Shown piece after piece: positions 1 through 9,447 of a stretch of DNA of 55,997 nt. The notes beneath the pieces were generated by a model. It did no database searches and had not been told where the DNA came from. It saw nothing but the letters and a program-made list of their open reading frames with translations. The translations under genes were made by a program, and so were the position numbers. Each line of letters begins with the position of its first letter. Within the stretch, counting starts at the first letter, position 1. Source of the DNA: a virus (taxonomy: Duplodnaviria; Caudoviricetes); the IMG/VR virus record IMGVR_UViG_3300048597_000462, positions 1 through 55,997 of that record; one strand, written 5' to 3'.

Positions 1-360
1 CATAAGGTTCCTCATTATATTTTTACTCTTCCCGCAAATTTATACGGACAATATTTATCTACAGGTTTAATAGCAAAAGCTGTTAAAGATTTCTGCGATC
101 CTTCTGAGTATGGGGAACCCGAATTTTGGGCTTACTATGCCGATTATGATTGGGTTGCTTTCTGCCAATTATTTGGAACTATGATGGCCCTACCGCCATC
201 CTTTCCAATGTATTGCCGAGATATTAAGCAATTATGTGATTCTTTGGGTAACCCTAAATTACCTAAGCAAAAAACAGAGAAACATAATGCGTTAGAAGAT
301 GCTCGTTGGAATAAACAAGCTTATGATTATTTGATTAATATTGATTACCCCAGGAAGTAA
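1..360 (+). CDS. 3'-5' exoribonuclease, Rv2179c/DUF5051-like (5' partial)
   Basis: Frame 1 is open to TAA at 358-360; motifs FWAYYADYDWVAFCQLFG.MM.LP..FPMYCRD and HNALEDARW. Confidence 0.85.
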   Translation, partial: HKVPHYIFTLPANLYGQYLSTGLIAKAVKDFCDPSEYGEPEFWAYYADYDWVAFCQLFGTMMALPPSFPMYCRDIKQLCDSLGNPKLPKQKTEKHNALEDARWNKQAYDYLINIDYPRK

Positions 361-441
361 AACCATTATTAAATCGGTTGCGCTTAAATCCCCCTGGGGT
401 ATTTTGTTGGCTAGAAATCGTGCCATCCATTGAATGGGTAC

Positions 442-828
442 TTACATTGTCCCTGCACGGTATCCACAAATCCCATCCCACGCCAGATCGATTTTGCTTT
501 TTACCTTGAAAGGAATAAACTTCCAAATAAGTTCATTTTGCATCGCAGGCAACCCACCGGACTGAGCAATTATTTCTCCAGCCCTTTTAAAATCCCTCCA
601 TTGATCCGCCGATCCGTCATAGACATCCTCATGTTCTTCTCTCTCGTGGCAAATTGCCTTTAGTAGAGCTATTCGACCCTGCTCAAAAAGTGACAAGCTT
701 TCTAATAGAATCGAACCATCTAATTCTTGACATTCAAGATAAACTCGATGAATTTCCTCCCTACATTTATCATATTGCTCAAATCGCAATAATTCTTCCT
801 GAGTAAAAGCAGAATCCCAGCTAGTCAT
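442..828 (-). CDS. hypothetical protein
   Basis: 128-aa ORF directly downstream of nrdB on the same strand. Confidence 0.6.
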   Translation of the reverse strand: MTSWDSAFTQEELLRFEQYDKCREEIHRVYLECQELDGSILLESLSLFEQGRIALLKAICHEREEHEDVYDGSADQWRDFKRAGEIIAQSGGLPAMQNELIWKFIPFKVKSKIDLAWDGICGYRAGTM

Positions 829-870
829 ATTTATTGGGTATCAATTAAATCAACACCCAATAATAATCAA

Positions 871-1923
871 TTAAAAATTGTGCCATCCTCCGACCGCCGC
901 TGACATCGAATATTGCACTTGGCTTTCAAAAAAGTTTGCCTTAGTACCGGCATCATTACTGACATCTGCTATCTTGTCTAAGTGCTTGTAGGGATTCTTT
1001 TTTTGTCCGTATAATTCTTTTAAACCAATGCTACGAAGCCGTAAGTCTGCCAAGTATTCTGTATATTGCTTGATGCTAGTTTCTGTGATACCAAGAAAGT
1101 CTTGACCAATGATGTGGTTAGCCCATTTTGACTCTTGATTAACCGCCGCATCCATCATTTCGTATAGCTTTTCCTCTGAGTAGCTAAACGTTTTCATTGC
1201 CTCAGTTAATATCTTTTGAAACAGGAATACATGGAGTTTTTCGTCCCGATGGATCATTTTTACAATGTCGGCGGTTCCATTCATTAATTGCCGAGTTGAT
1301 AGAACATAAAATGTGACAAAGCCGTTGTAAAAATATAGCCCTTCCAGCAAATAATCGGCAAACAAAGCATAGAAATAATCCTCGTCGCTTCGGGTATCTA
1401 GGTAGTTTTGATAGTAGGTTAAGATGCCCCGGCAACGTTCTTCTAGGATGCTATCAGTGCGCCAAAATTCGTAGATTTCATTTCGTTTCTCCACTGGCAA
1501 TAATGCCTCGACGATGTACTTATAGCTTTCGCTGTGGATGCCTTCAAAAAATGCCTGCTCTGCCACGCAATGGCGCACTGCCGGGGCGGTCATAACGTCG
1601 CCTATATTAGGGAGCATTGCCTCCTGAATTGAGTCCAGGTAAATTAAATAACTCAGGATGCCGTTATATGCTCGTTTCTCCCCTTCCATTAAGTTTTGAA
1701 AATCATTGATATCACCCGTCAAATCGGTGCGCTGGGGCACCCAAAAGAACTCCCTCATCTGGTTATAAATCTGCAACGCCCAGGCAAATTGGGGGCGGTC
1801 TAACAGCATTAAATTGGTGGTCTTGCCGTTCCAAAGCTGGATGTCATCATCGGTGGCAGTGGGGTCAAACAGGGGGGCTTTCAGCATTGTTCCAGAAATA
1901 AACAGTTCCCCTATTTTAGGCAA
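871..1923 (-). CDS. nrdB: class I ribonucleotide reductase beta subunit
   Basis: Dimetal ligands and radical Tyr (LDSIQ, EGIHSESY, LEGLYFY, RDEKLH) and NFFE tail; start may be ATG 1887. Confidence 0.93.
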   Translation of the reverse strand: MPKIGELFISGTMLKAPLFDPTATDDDIQLWNGKTTNLMLLDRPQFAWALQIYNQMREFFWVPQRTDLTGDINDFQNLMEGEKRAYNGILSYLIYLDSIQEAMLPNIGDVMTAPAVRHCVAEQAFFEGIHSESYKYIVEALLPVEKRNEIYEFWRTDSILEERCRGILTYYQNYLDTRSDEDYFYALFADYLLEGLYFYNGFVTFYVLSTRQLMNGTADIVKMIHRDEKLHVFLFQKILTEAMKTFSYSEEKLYEMMDAAVNQESKWANHIIGQDFLGITETSIKQYTEYLADLRLRSIGLKELYGQKKNPYKHLDKIADVSNDAGTKANFFESQVQYSMSAAVGGWHNF

Positions 1924-1965
1924 TTTCCCCCTACCGTGCCGAGAGCCATTGGTACATTTCTACCT

Positions 1966-2005
1966 GTTAAGTGGTGCTATAAGGACTTCTATAGGAGCAC
2001 TTAAT
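1966..2005. promoter_or_regulatory. 40-bp palindrome, copy 1
   Basis: GTTAAGTGGTGCTATA-AGGACTTC-TATAGGAGCACTTAAT. Confidence 0.85.
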
Positions 2006-2058
2006 ACCCTGGGCTGGAATGTTTGCTAACATTGGTCTGTACACAAACAAGGATTGTT

Positions 2059-2262
2059 ATGAAAGAAAGGAAGGATGTGCCGGGGCAATGTCGGCGATGT
2101 GGGTCGAGTAATTTAGGCTCCCATGGTCGGGGGCGGGCTAGATGCCGAGACTGTGGGGCAACGATGTCCCTCTACCGGAAACGGGCTGGCCCACCGATGC
2201 TAGGCGATCGCCCAATGAGTAATGCTGAGCGGCAAAGGAGATGGCGAGAAAGGCACGGTTAA
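2059..2262 (+). CDS. small zinc-ribbon protein
   Basis: CRRC..CRDC plus MSNAERQRRWRER; ATG 2059 follows AAGGA. Confidence 0.7.
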   Translation: MKERKDVPGQCRRCGSSNLGSHGRGRARCRDCGATMSLYRKRAGPPMLGDRPMSNAERQRRWRERHG

Positions 2263-2285
2263 AATTAAATAAACCGAGGTTTTCC

Positions 2286-3047
2286 ATGCCCAGAAAAGCC
2301 GCAAGACACAGTAAAAACCGGGACGGACGCAATGCGCCGTCTTTTTCTGTCGACAATCTGGTGCCCATTAATCAGCACTGGAAACAGCCTGACCATTTCA
2401 AAGCCTTGACTGCCAATCACCGCCGGATGGTTAGGTCAATCCATGAAGTTGATATAACCATCGTCCATGGCTGTGCCGGTACATTAAAGACTTTTTTGGC
2501 ATTGCAGACCGGGCTGAAATTAATCAAGGACAGACAGTTTGGAAAGTACCTGTATGTTAGGCAGAATATCAAGCGACCCAATGAACAAGGGTTGGGTTTC
2601 AGACCGGGGCACGAGTCCGAGAAGCTGTCGCCGTTGCTAAAACCCATTGAAGATAATTTGGCGGCAATTGCCCCCCAGGGTGAGATTGATTACCTACTCA
2701 GAACCAAGCGAATTGAAGCCTCGGATATGGAAATGTTGCGGGGACGTTCCCCATTGGACACGGTGATCCATTTAGACGAAGCCCAAAACGCTGATTTAAA
2801 CGGATTGCTTTGTGTGATGACCCGTTTACCGGAGTCTAGTCGGTTGATTATCACCGGGGATTTTAAGGGACAGAGAGATATTGATGCCCCAGAGTTTGAC
2901 GCCTTTGCCGGGGTCTGCCGGGTGTTCCGCAACCATCCCCGCATCCATGTCATTGGCTTTACTGAGGATGATATTCTCCGCAATGAGCTAATCAAGGACA
3001 TTTTGGAGGGCTTCGACCGGATTAAGAAGGGTGTCACCAATACCTAG
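2286..3047 (+). CDS. phoH: PhoH-family ATPase
   Basis: HGCAGTLKT P-loop, LGFRPG, LRGRS, LDEAQN, TRL, ITGD. Confidence 0.92.
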   Translation: MPRKAARHSKNRDGRNAPSFSVDNLVPINQHWKQPDHFKALTANHRRMVRSIHEVDITIVHGCAGTLKTFLALQTGLKLIKDRQFGKYLYVRQNIKRPNEQGLGFRPGHESEKLSPLLKPIEDNLAAIAPQGEIDYLLRTKRIEASDMEMLRGRSPLDTVIHLDEAQNADLNGLLCVMTRLPESSRLIITGDFKGQRDIDAPEFDAFAGVCRVFRNHPRIHVIGFTEDDILRNELIKDILEGFDRIKKGVTNT

Positions 3048-3060
3048 ACCCCGTACAAAC

Positions 3061-3085
3061 AACCCCGCCATTACGACGGGGCTTT
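3061..3085. terminator. hairpin between convergent genes
   Basis: CCCCG-CCATTACGA-CGGGG followed by CTTT. Confidence 0.55.
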
Positions 3086-3148
3086 GTGTCTCACTTTTTA
3101 GCAACAAACAGGGTTGATGATCGAAAATGACAGTTTATGCAACACAAG

Positions 3149-3478
3149 CTACTTTATAAGCAGGGTTGATTCTGAACGATTTTCCCAGGATTCAATTAAA
3201 TCTAGTTTTTCTTGAATCTTTTGGGGATAAACCCGTAAAATTTCTTCATACTTTTCAAGTTCCAGGCGAAGTCTTGTTATGATAAACTGCTTTGCCTCTT
3301 CGTAGGTTTCAAACGTAAACTGCCAATCTGAAATTCGACGAAATACTCTTACTTTTCCTGACATAGATTCTCTCCAGTAACTTTTGTCAGTAAACCGTAT
3401 AACTTCAACTTTTTTGATTTCAGTGTACGGTAGTTTAACTATGTACAAATAAACTTTGCTGTCGTTAGAATTGCTCAT
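3149..3478 (-). CDS. hypothetical phage protein
   Basis: 109-aa ORF whose start overlaps the upstream stop codon. Confidence 0.7.
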   Translation of the reverse strand: MSNSNDSKVYLYIVKLPYTEIKKVEVIRFTDKSYWRESMSGKVRVFRRISDWQFTFETYEEAKQFIITRLRLELEKYEEILRVYPQKIQEKLDLIESWENRSESTLLIK

Positions 3479-3804
3479 AGTTTCAGCTCCAATTGGTTAA
3501 CATGCTTGCCAATGCCGGACTTAAGCAGAAAAACTTCCATGTCAAAGTTGGCGATCAGGTAATCGGTCAACTTTTCGGCAGTGTCTTGGTCTAGCTGGTC
3601 GGGAATAACAGCATCCATAATGAAGTCTTCGGCATTATCCACAAATCGTTGCCAGTTATCAGGGATGGTCAGTAAGTTATCCAGCCGTTCATAGGCGGGC
3701 AATAGATAATGACGGATACCCATCTGGGTCAGCCGGGTCATTAGGGGCTTTAGAACTGCTTCGGTTAAGCCCAACAGAATTAGAGAAAGAAGAATAGTTT
3801 TCAT
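3475..3804 (-). CDS. protein with N-terminal hydrophobic segment (possible lysis accessory)
   Basis: MKTILLSLILLGL; lies in the run of genes downstream of the RlpA-like gene. Confidence 0.6.
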   Translation of the reverse strand: MKTILLSLILLGLTEAVLKPLMTRLTQMGIRHYLLPAYERLDNLLTIPDNWQRFVDNAEDFIMDAVIPDQLDQDTAEKLTDYLIANFDMEVFLLKSGIGKHVNQLELKL

Positions 3805-3806
3805 GG

Positions 3807-4010
3807 TTAGAAAGGTGGGATTTCAACCCACCCTAAATCAGGGAAATACTCGTACTTACCAGGGCGGTTAGCGATGCAAGACTTGTTGTAGGCACAGTGA
3901 TTGATAGCCCACCAAGAAAGGGTTAGGTAGTAGAAAAAAGAGTCACTGTCATTGCTAACACCGGCCATCAAAAAAGCCCAGCCACCCAGCGAAAGGAAAA
4001 AGAGTCGCAT
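3807..4010 (-). CDS. small membrane protein
   Basis: Hydrophobic 67-aa ORF, tightly packed between neighbours. Confidence 0.55.
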   Translation of the reverse strand: MRLFFLSLGGWAFLMAGVSNDSDSFFYYLTLSWWAINHCAYNKSCIANRPGKYEYFPDLGWVEIPPF

Positions 4011-4012
4011 GG

Positions 4013-4336
4013 TTAAAACCTTGTAATTTTTACTGGAACCCGCCCTTGTTTTAGGGAGGCAATGCGTTGGAATGCCGCCCGTGACAAATCAATGGAGCAA
4101 TTGCCACAGCGGTCTGTAATAGTCACCACCACACTCCGCCCAGTACGTCGATTAGTTACCCTCACCCGTTGTCCGAGCCGGTAATTATTACTGGCGGCGG
4201 TCATGGCATTGGGATACGCTCGACCATTAGCCTTGGTTCTCCCCGCCAAACTAGGGTGGTAATATGTGGCAACTTGGGCGTTTACTGGCAGGGCAATTAA
4301 TAAACTGGACAGGGTAATTAAGAGTTTTGTAAGCAT
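4013..4336 (-). CDS. RlpA-like double-psi beta-barrel lytic transglycosylase with signal peptide
   Basis: ATYY, MTAA, VRVTN..TGRSVVVTITDR, IDLSRAAF; signal peptide ending VNA. Confidence 0.88.
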   Translation of the reverse strand: MLTKLLITLSSLLIALPVNAQVATYYHPSLAGRTKANGRAYPNAMTAASNNYRLGQRVRVTNRRTGRSVVVTITDRCGNCSIDLSRAAFQRIASLKQGRVPVKITRF

Positions 4337-4623
4337 TCTTCTGGGTACGTAATTGGTTGCCAGTCAATGATAGGACTGTGGATTTTTAGAAAGCTAAACT
4401 CATACCAAGAAAGTACAGACTCGTACCACCCTTCTAGCCAATAACACTTATCTGTACTTTCTAGACATTCATAGCCTAGGTCATCTAAGTCATCGTCGAA
4501 TTCCCTTGAATAACGGGGAATATATTGGGCAATTACAGGAATAACGCCTTGATTTTTGGTTTGAACAAAAGCCAAGACATTTTGCCCCGGCTCTGGTAAT
4601 CTTTCTAAACTTGATGAATCCAT
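4318..4623 (-). CDS. hypothetical phage protein (DUF551-like)
   Basis: ERLPE.GQ.VL ... IIDWQP pattern. Confidence 0.6.
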   Translation of the reverse strand: MDSSSLERLPEPGQNVLAFVQTKNQGVIPVIAQYIPRYSREFDDDLDDLGYECLESTDKCYWLEGWYESVLSWYEFSFLKIHSPIIDWQPITYPEECLQNS

Positions 4624-5048
4624 GGTGGTAGTAATTGATTGGTGTTTTGCTCAATCTTAATAAACGCAACCGGGTCATCCTTGGAGTGAAAAAGTTTAAT
4701 GCTTTTCCCCACAACCACCTTGGCATTATCGTTGGGCAAAATCCCCGATTGTACCAGGGCGTCTAGGATAGAGCCGAGGATATTATCTAAGTCACCCCTG
4801 CGGCTATGTTTGCCCTGGAGGATAACTTCAATGGTGAACCCGTCACCTGTTAGAGCGGCATGCTCGCATTTCAGGATATTTACGGTAGAAGTCTTCCAAA
4901 GTCTGTAATTCTCTGGGAGATAACTGCCCCAGCGGTTGTGCCGGGGTCGGGCTTTCGGTACTATCTGACCGGGTAATTTGATAATTAGAGGTTTTTCTGT
5001 CACGACGGATGGTGAATGGTGCTTTCCTGACAAACTTTTTATCAGCAA
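4605..5048 (-). CDS. rusA: RusA-family Holliday junction resolvase
   Basis: PKARPR, GDLDNILGSILDAL, NDN; start uncertain. Confidence 0.88.
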   Translation of the reverse strand: MLIKSLSGKHHSPSVVTEKPLIIKLPGQIVPKARPRHNRWGSYLPENYRLWKTSTVNILKCEHAALTGDGFTIEVILQGKHSRRGDLDNILGSILDALVQSGILPNDNAKVVVGKSIKLFHSKDDPVAFIKIEQNTNQLLPPWIHQV

Positions 5049-5164
5049 AGGTTTTAGATTCTTTGATTTCCAGTGTTAATGGTTTACCATTTCTGAAGGT
5101 TCTAATGATAGGAGAACAGGGCATATCCCAGCGATGGCGGCGGTTTTCTCCTAGTGAACGGTAG

Positions 5165-5377
5165 TCAGGATTCATGGTTGGATAACTCAATAGGAACGAA
5201 GTGATCATTAACTAATTCCATTGGGGTTTGCGCCCCGGAAATATTAACAACTTGAATAAAGCCGGACTTGCAATCCTGAACCATTTCTTCTGTTAATTTT
5301 TTAGTTAGTTCAAGTACACAGTCGCCATGGATAATCAAGAAAAGCGATTCATTCATGTTTACAATAGAATGGAACAT
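5165..5377 (-). CDS. hypothetical protein
   Basis: 70-aa ORF in the minus-strand run. Confidence 0.45.
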   Translation of the reverse strand: MFHSIVNMNESLFLIIHGDCVLELTKKLTEEMVQDCKSGFIQVVNISGAQTPMELVNDHFVPIELSNHES

Positions 5378-5390
5378 TCAATATTAAAAG

Positions 5391-5594
5391 ATGAAAAGCA
5401 TCAAGGATAAAGTTTACCGCCGTATTTCTACAGGAGAGCTTTTCACTATTAAGCATAAAGGGATGGTGGTTATTAACTCGGTCAGCAAATACGTCGTTAT
5501 TTGTGAATCTTTGACCAGTGAACTAATATTGATTATCCCCGCTTATGATTTTGATAGCTCATTTGAGGAAGAACAACCCCCTAGTCAACTATGA
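5391..5594 (+). CDS. hypothetical protein
   Basis: Coupled to the next gene by an ATGA overlap. Confidence 0.6.
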   Translation: MKSIKDKVYRRISTGELFTIKHKGMVVINSVSKYVVICESLTSELILIIPAYDFDSSFEEEQPPSQL

Positions 5595-6079
5595 AATATC
5601 CAGAAGCTAAGCTAACCCCAATTGACAAGATTAAGCCCTACGCCAATAATGCTAAAAAGCATCCCCAGTCCCAGATTGACCTATTGGTTAAACAGATAAG
5701 CGAAGGGTTTGACCAGCCCATTGTAGTGGACAAGAATATGACCATCATCAAGGGGCATGGGCGACGGTTAGCTTGCCTACAGATGGGGCTTAAAGAAGTG
5801 CCGGTTATCGTCAGGGATGACCTAACGCCCGACCAAGTAAAAGCCGCTCGGATTGCCGATAATAAGCTGGCGGAAACTGATTGGGATATGGCTCTGCTAG
5901 CCGAAGAATTAGAAGCCTTGGATGCCGGTGGCTATGATGTGGCTTGCCTGGGGTTTGATGATGAAGAATTGGAGCAATTGTTGGGAGAGTTGGAGAGGGA
6001 GGAAATAGAGGAAGAGGAGCCGATAGAAAGCGAAGAAAAAGAGGGCAGTGTGTGCCCCCATTGTGGTGGTGTTATTTAG
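5591..6079 (+). CDS. ParB/Srx N-terminal-domain protein with C-terminal CPHC
   Basis: IKPYANNAKKH, GFDQPIVVD, IIKGHGR, RIADNKL. Confidence 0.85.
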   Translation: MKYPEAKLTPIDKIKPYANNAKKHPQSQIDLLVKQISEGFDQPIVVDKNMTIIKGHGRRLACLQMGLKEVPVIVRDDLTPDQVKAARIADNKLAETDWDMALLAEELEALDAGGYDVACLGFDDEELEQLLGELEREEIEEEEPIESEEKEGSVCPHCGGVI

Positions 6080-6086
6080 GGTTTGG

Positions 6087-7025
6087 TTAGGGGTTATCCC
6101 TTTTAAACTTAGTCTCCATTGATGTCATATATCCAATAAGTTCACGCAATGGAACTTTGCCCAGGCTTTCCCAAACCAAACTCAATGTTTGAACATACTT
6201 TGTGGTCACAATTTCCCCTAATTCATCATGCGATTCCATCTTAGGGGCATCATCCCCGGTACTTTCCACTATGTCTGTCCATAGTCCAAATAGGACACCG
6301 TCAAAGTCATAGCCATCGGCTACTTCATGCTCTTTAATCTGCTTCCACCCACTTTCACCAAATAGTTGATATACAATGTAGGCAGAAAAGTTGGTGTCTT
6401 TTAGTTCAGGAAATTTTGCCTCAGTGCCATCAATTAAGCTCGTAAGGTAAACTACGCAATAATCAATATCCCCTAATGCAAGATGGGCAGATAATCGGGC
6501 TTTACCACGGGATACAAGTCGTTCAAAATAGTCAGGATGCACACCTACGTTGGTGGCGATTTGAGTTAGTGTTTGAGTGGACTCCGTAGGGAGTTTGGTA
6601 GTCTTTTCTCGAAATGCTTGCCGCCGATGATCTGGAATATGAGATAGCAAATGCTCTGTTGCATCACCGCTGGTAATCAATTGTCCCTCAGCGTCAAGGC
6701 TAAAATCCTTACCGGGGGCAAATCCTGACTCAATTAAATCACTAACTAAAATCTCGTTTGCTTTTGCCATTGCTTCTTTCATCATCCCAGACTTTTCTAA
6801 ACTCTCAAAAATACATTCCCAGTAAAACTCACAATCAGCGTCAGTTAAATCTAGCCAATCTGAATCATTCACCATATAGCGAGACAGTGTTTCACCGACG
6901 GACCTTTTCCCCATGTGGGTATAACCCCATTCCATAGCAGTAAAAACACTTGATTTTTTGCGAGATTTTAACGCAGATACTATCATCTTGCGAAAAGTTT
7001 TAGCGTTAGGGTTGAATCCTTTCAT
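6087..7025 (-). CDS. hypothetical protein
   Basis: 312-aa ORF with GGAG ribosome-binding site. Confidence 0.75.
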   Translation of the reverse strand: MKGFNPNAKTFRKMIVSALKSRKKSSVFTAMEWGYTHMGKRSVGETLSRYMVNDSDWLDLTDADCEFYWECIFESLEKSGMMKEAMAKANEILVSDLIESGFAPGKDFSLDAEGQLITSGDATEHLLSHIPDHRRQAFREKTTKLPTESTQTLTQIATNVGVHPDYFERLVSRGKARLSAHLALGDIDYCVVYLTSLIDGTEAKFPELKDTNFSAYIVYQLFGESGWKQIKEHEVADGYDFDGVLFGLWTDIVESTGDDAPKMESHDELGEIVTTKYVQTLSLVWESLGKVPLRELIGYMTSMETKFKRDNP

Positions 7026-7076
7026 TGGTTTGCTCCGTAATGTTGTGTTGAAACTACCCCGTCATTTAGACGAGGT

Positions 7077-7098
7077 GATTGTAGTCAGTCAAACGTGG
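7077..7098 (+). promoter_or_regulatory. 22-bp GTTTG-N8-CAAACGTGG motif
   Basis: GATTG-TAGTCAGT-CAAAC-GTGG, abutting the stop codon of the AntA-like gene. Confidence 0.7.
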
Positions 7099-7887
7099 CT
7101 AGGAGTCACCTAAAAGCAACTGGGTTCCTTGAGCCTTGCGGTACTGCGCCCAGAGTTCTTTCACTTTGCGAATATTTTCAGTGGGAATGTAGGGAGCCTG
7201 AACAGCACGGAAACCCTCACAGATTAGCCCTTGATGCTTGATTTGGGTTAACCATTGCTCAAACTGCTTCCCTGTTTTGAAGCCTAGTTCTCGCCCTAAA
7301 TCTGCGGTGGATTTACCCTCAAAGCTAACATTACGACCATTTTGGCAAATAACAGTCTCGGTAATCTTCTCTACCTTTTCCACTACGGCATCGGGGCGAC
7401 CTTGGATTAAAGCCAGAACTTGCGGGCCGTGCAAGTTCATGATGACTTCTGATTTCTCCATGATGAAACGCTGGTCAGACATCATGGAAGCATTCGCCGT
7501 GGCAATGTCAGCATGTAGCTTCATCAACTCAATTTGCTGAGTAAATTCCGGGTTAACCTTTTCGGCTAACTTCCACTTTTTCTCTACCTCGATAAAGTAT
7601 TGGCGGATAGCTTCCCCCTCCGAGGTCTCGGACATTAGCCCCAAGTGCTTTAAGCCATCGCAAGAAAGATGGATTTTTTCAACGGGGCGACCGCCGGTCT
7701 TTTCCACCGATTTGTGGTAAAGCTTGCCCTGAGAGGATTTCGGCAGTTTTCGCTTAGCCGAGTCCTTCCGGGAGTAACCTGTGATTTTCCATGCAACATC
7801 AAAATCCACTGGAAACTGATTGCCGTTTTGCTCGGCTTCATACCAGCTATCAATCAACGAAAAAATATCAGACGATACTATATCCAT
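7099..7887 (-). CDS. AntA/AntB-type antirepressor-like protein
   Basis: FPVDFDVAW..GY..K..AKRKL ... GEAIRQYFIEVEK; C-terminal half paralogous to 23191-23985. Confidence 0.8.
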   Translation of the reverse strand: MDIVSSDIFSLIDSWYEAEQNGNQFPVDFDVAWKITGYSRKDSAKRKLPKSSQGKLYHKSVEKTGGRPVEKIHLSCDGLKHLGLMSETSEGEAIRQYFIEVEKKWKLAEKVNPEFTQQIELMKLHADIATANASMMSDQRFIMEKSEVIMNLHGPQVLALIQGRPDAVVEKVEKITETVICQNGRNVSFEGKSTADLGRELGFKTGKQFEQWLTQIKHQGLICEGFRAVQAPYIPTENIRKVKELWAQYRKAQGTQLLLGDS

Positions 7888-8016
7888 AGACTGTTACCTC
7901 ATGGGGGTAATGGTTAAAGTCCTCCGGCTGACACCGGGGGCACACTTTATTGTAACTCACACAAACGTAGCGGTTTTTCGCATCACACCACCGCCGCCCA
8001 CCCTATAGATCAACGA

Positions 8017-8178
8017 CTAATCGCCAGGGTTGGACTCTTTTTCCTTGTCCACCATTTCCGCCAGCAACAGTTCGATGAGATTGCTAAGACTACGACGTTT
8101 GCGCTGGGCTATTCGCTCAGCCTCTTTTTTTAGATCCTCGGGGATGTATGCTCCCACTCTTGCTTTTGCAGTTGCCAT
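8017..8178 (-). CDS. ribbon-helix-helix (Arc/CopG-like) regulator
   Basis: RVGAYIPEDLK ... RSLSNLIELLL. Confidence 0.8.
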   Translation of the reverse strand: MATAKARVGAYIPEDLKKEAERIAQRKRRSLSNLIELLLAEMVDKEKESNPGD

Positions 8179-8256
8179 AAAAACTCCCAGTGCTTGTGCC
8201 AAGGTATCAATACCTAGCGACATTATAACAGACTCCGCCTTAATCCAGTGATAGAC

Positions 8257-8286
8257 TTGACAAAAGTAACACTACCTCGCTACATT
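8257..8286 (+). promoter_or_regulatory. sigma70-type promoter
   Basis: TTGACA-18 nt-TACATT. Confidence 0.7.
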
Positions 8287-8415
8287 AGAAGCATAGAGAA
8301 ACGGACAACCCGCCGCAAGCTCAGAGTTAACCAAAGGGTAGATACAACAAAGCGATAGCCGCCCGTGGAAAGAACGCTATCGCCCTGTAAATCCATTTAG
8401 AAAAGGATTACGACC

Positions 8416-8673
8416 ATGTTAAGTCCGATTGATCATTACCAGCAAGTAGAAATGACCGTAGCCGAAGCTGACTCGCTTCAGGCTGACCAGTTCGAGGCTC
8501 AGGAAATCAGCAAAGGGCAGTGGGATGCCATCACCGCTCCCTTCATGCAGAATCTTCTAGCTAGCGGCAAGTCTAGCGCCTACTGGGAAGGTTTCATCTC
8601 CGAGTTGGCAGACCGAGCGGGAGTGAGCTTTGCGCTTTTCCCCCAACCCCATCTAACTGCCGACGAATTTTAA
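8416..8673 (+). CDS. small acidic protein, paralog of 49199-49450
   Basis: Aligns end to end with the 49199 product; AAGG ribosome-binding site. Confidence 0.8.
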   Translation: MLSPIDHYQQVEMTVAEADSLQADQFEAQEISKGQWDAITAPFMQNLLASGKSSAYWEGFISELADRAGVSFALFPQPHLTADEF

Positions 8674-8686
8674 TCAACCATTACCG

Positions 8687-8706
8687 GGGGCTTAGTGCCC
8701 CTTTTT
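8687..8706 (+). terminator. intrinsic terminator or attenuator
   Basis: GGGGC-TTAGT-GCCCC-TTTTT. Confidence 0.55.
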
Positions 8707-8709
8707 CTA

Positions 8710-9414
8710 ATGATTTCAATCAATGAGCAAGAGCAAGTACGGGCATGGTTAGAAGCTGAACGGAAAGGCGATCGCTTCCCCGTCGACTTTGACATCGCCT
8801 GGGTGATGGCTGGTTATGCAATGAAGCACCATGCAAAACGCCGGTTAACTAATCAGTCATCCTATCTGGTTTTGAATGAGGATTACAAAATAGACAAAGG
8901 GGCTGTACTTATCACCCAATCGGGTGAATCGACGATTTCTGGTCGTTCTAGCGACCGGATAGTAATGACTTGTGATGCTTTTAAACATTTCTGCCTCATG
9001 GCGCAAACTGCCAAGGGGCGTGATGTCCGGCAATATTTCATCGAAGCAGAAAAAACATTGCTAACATCCATCCCCACCTGTCAATTGTTAAACGAGGAAC
9101 TGCAAAATCTCCGCCAACAGTTGGCAAGGGCACAGCGACCGGCTGAGTCTGGCAAGTTTCAACTGCACTGCGACAAACTCCCCACCACCTACCGCTATAC
9201 CCTGGCGGTTCAGGTAAGCGAGACTCAATATATTGAGTTAATGCACTACACCCTGCCAGAGTGGATTGCCCAGGAAACTGACTATGAGAAATTCAAAGTC
9301 CTCCACAAGGCGGCGATAGAACCCATCACGGAGTTGATGCGGATGCTAAACCGGATGAGCCGGGAATTTACCCCGATAGATAAACCGGCGATCACCCGAT
9401 ACGCTAACCGATAA
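8710..9414 (+). CDS. AntA-type antirepressor-like protein
   Basis: FPVDFDIAW..GY..K..AKRRL ... GRDVRQYFIEAEK. Confidence 0.78.
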   Translation: MISINEQEQVRAWLEAERKGDRFPVDFDIAWVMAGYAMKHHAKRRLTNQSSYLVLNEDYKIDKGAVLITQSGESTISGRSSDRIVMTCDAFKHFCLMAQTAKGRDVRQYFIEAEKTLLTSIPTCQLLNEELQNLRQQLARAQRPAESGKFQLHCDKLPTTYRYTLAVQVSETQYIELMHYTLPEWIAQETDYEKFKVLHKAAIEPITELMRMLNRMSREFTPIDKPAITRYANR

Positions 9415-9421
9415 ATTACTG

Positions 9422-9447
9422 ACCCCTGGCATTAGCTGGGGTTTTTT
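9422..9447 (+). terminator. intrinsic terminator
   Basis: ACCCCTGGC-ATTA-GCTGGGGT-TTTTT. Confidence 0.65.

Noticed and set aside
4843-5208. 121-aa minus-strand ORF
   Set aside because: Overlaps the RusA gene by about 200 nt in another frame; its 5' part may be coding but this cannot be supported
5591-6079. Plasmid partition system
   Set aside because: No ParA in the window and the protein lacks an evident HTH; it resembles stand-alone phage ParB N-terminal-domain proteins, which also weakens the centromere model for the palindromes
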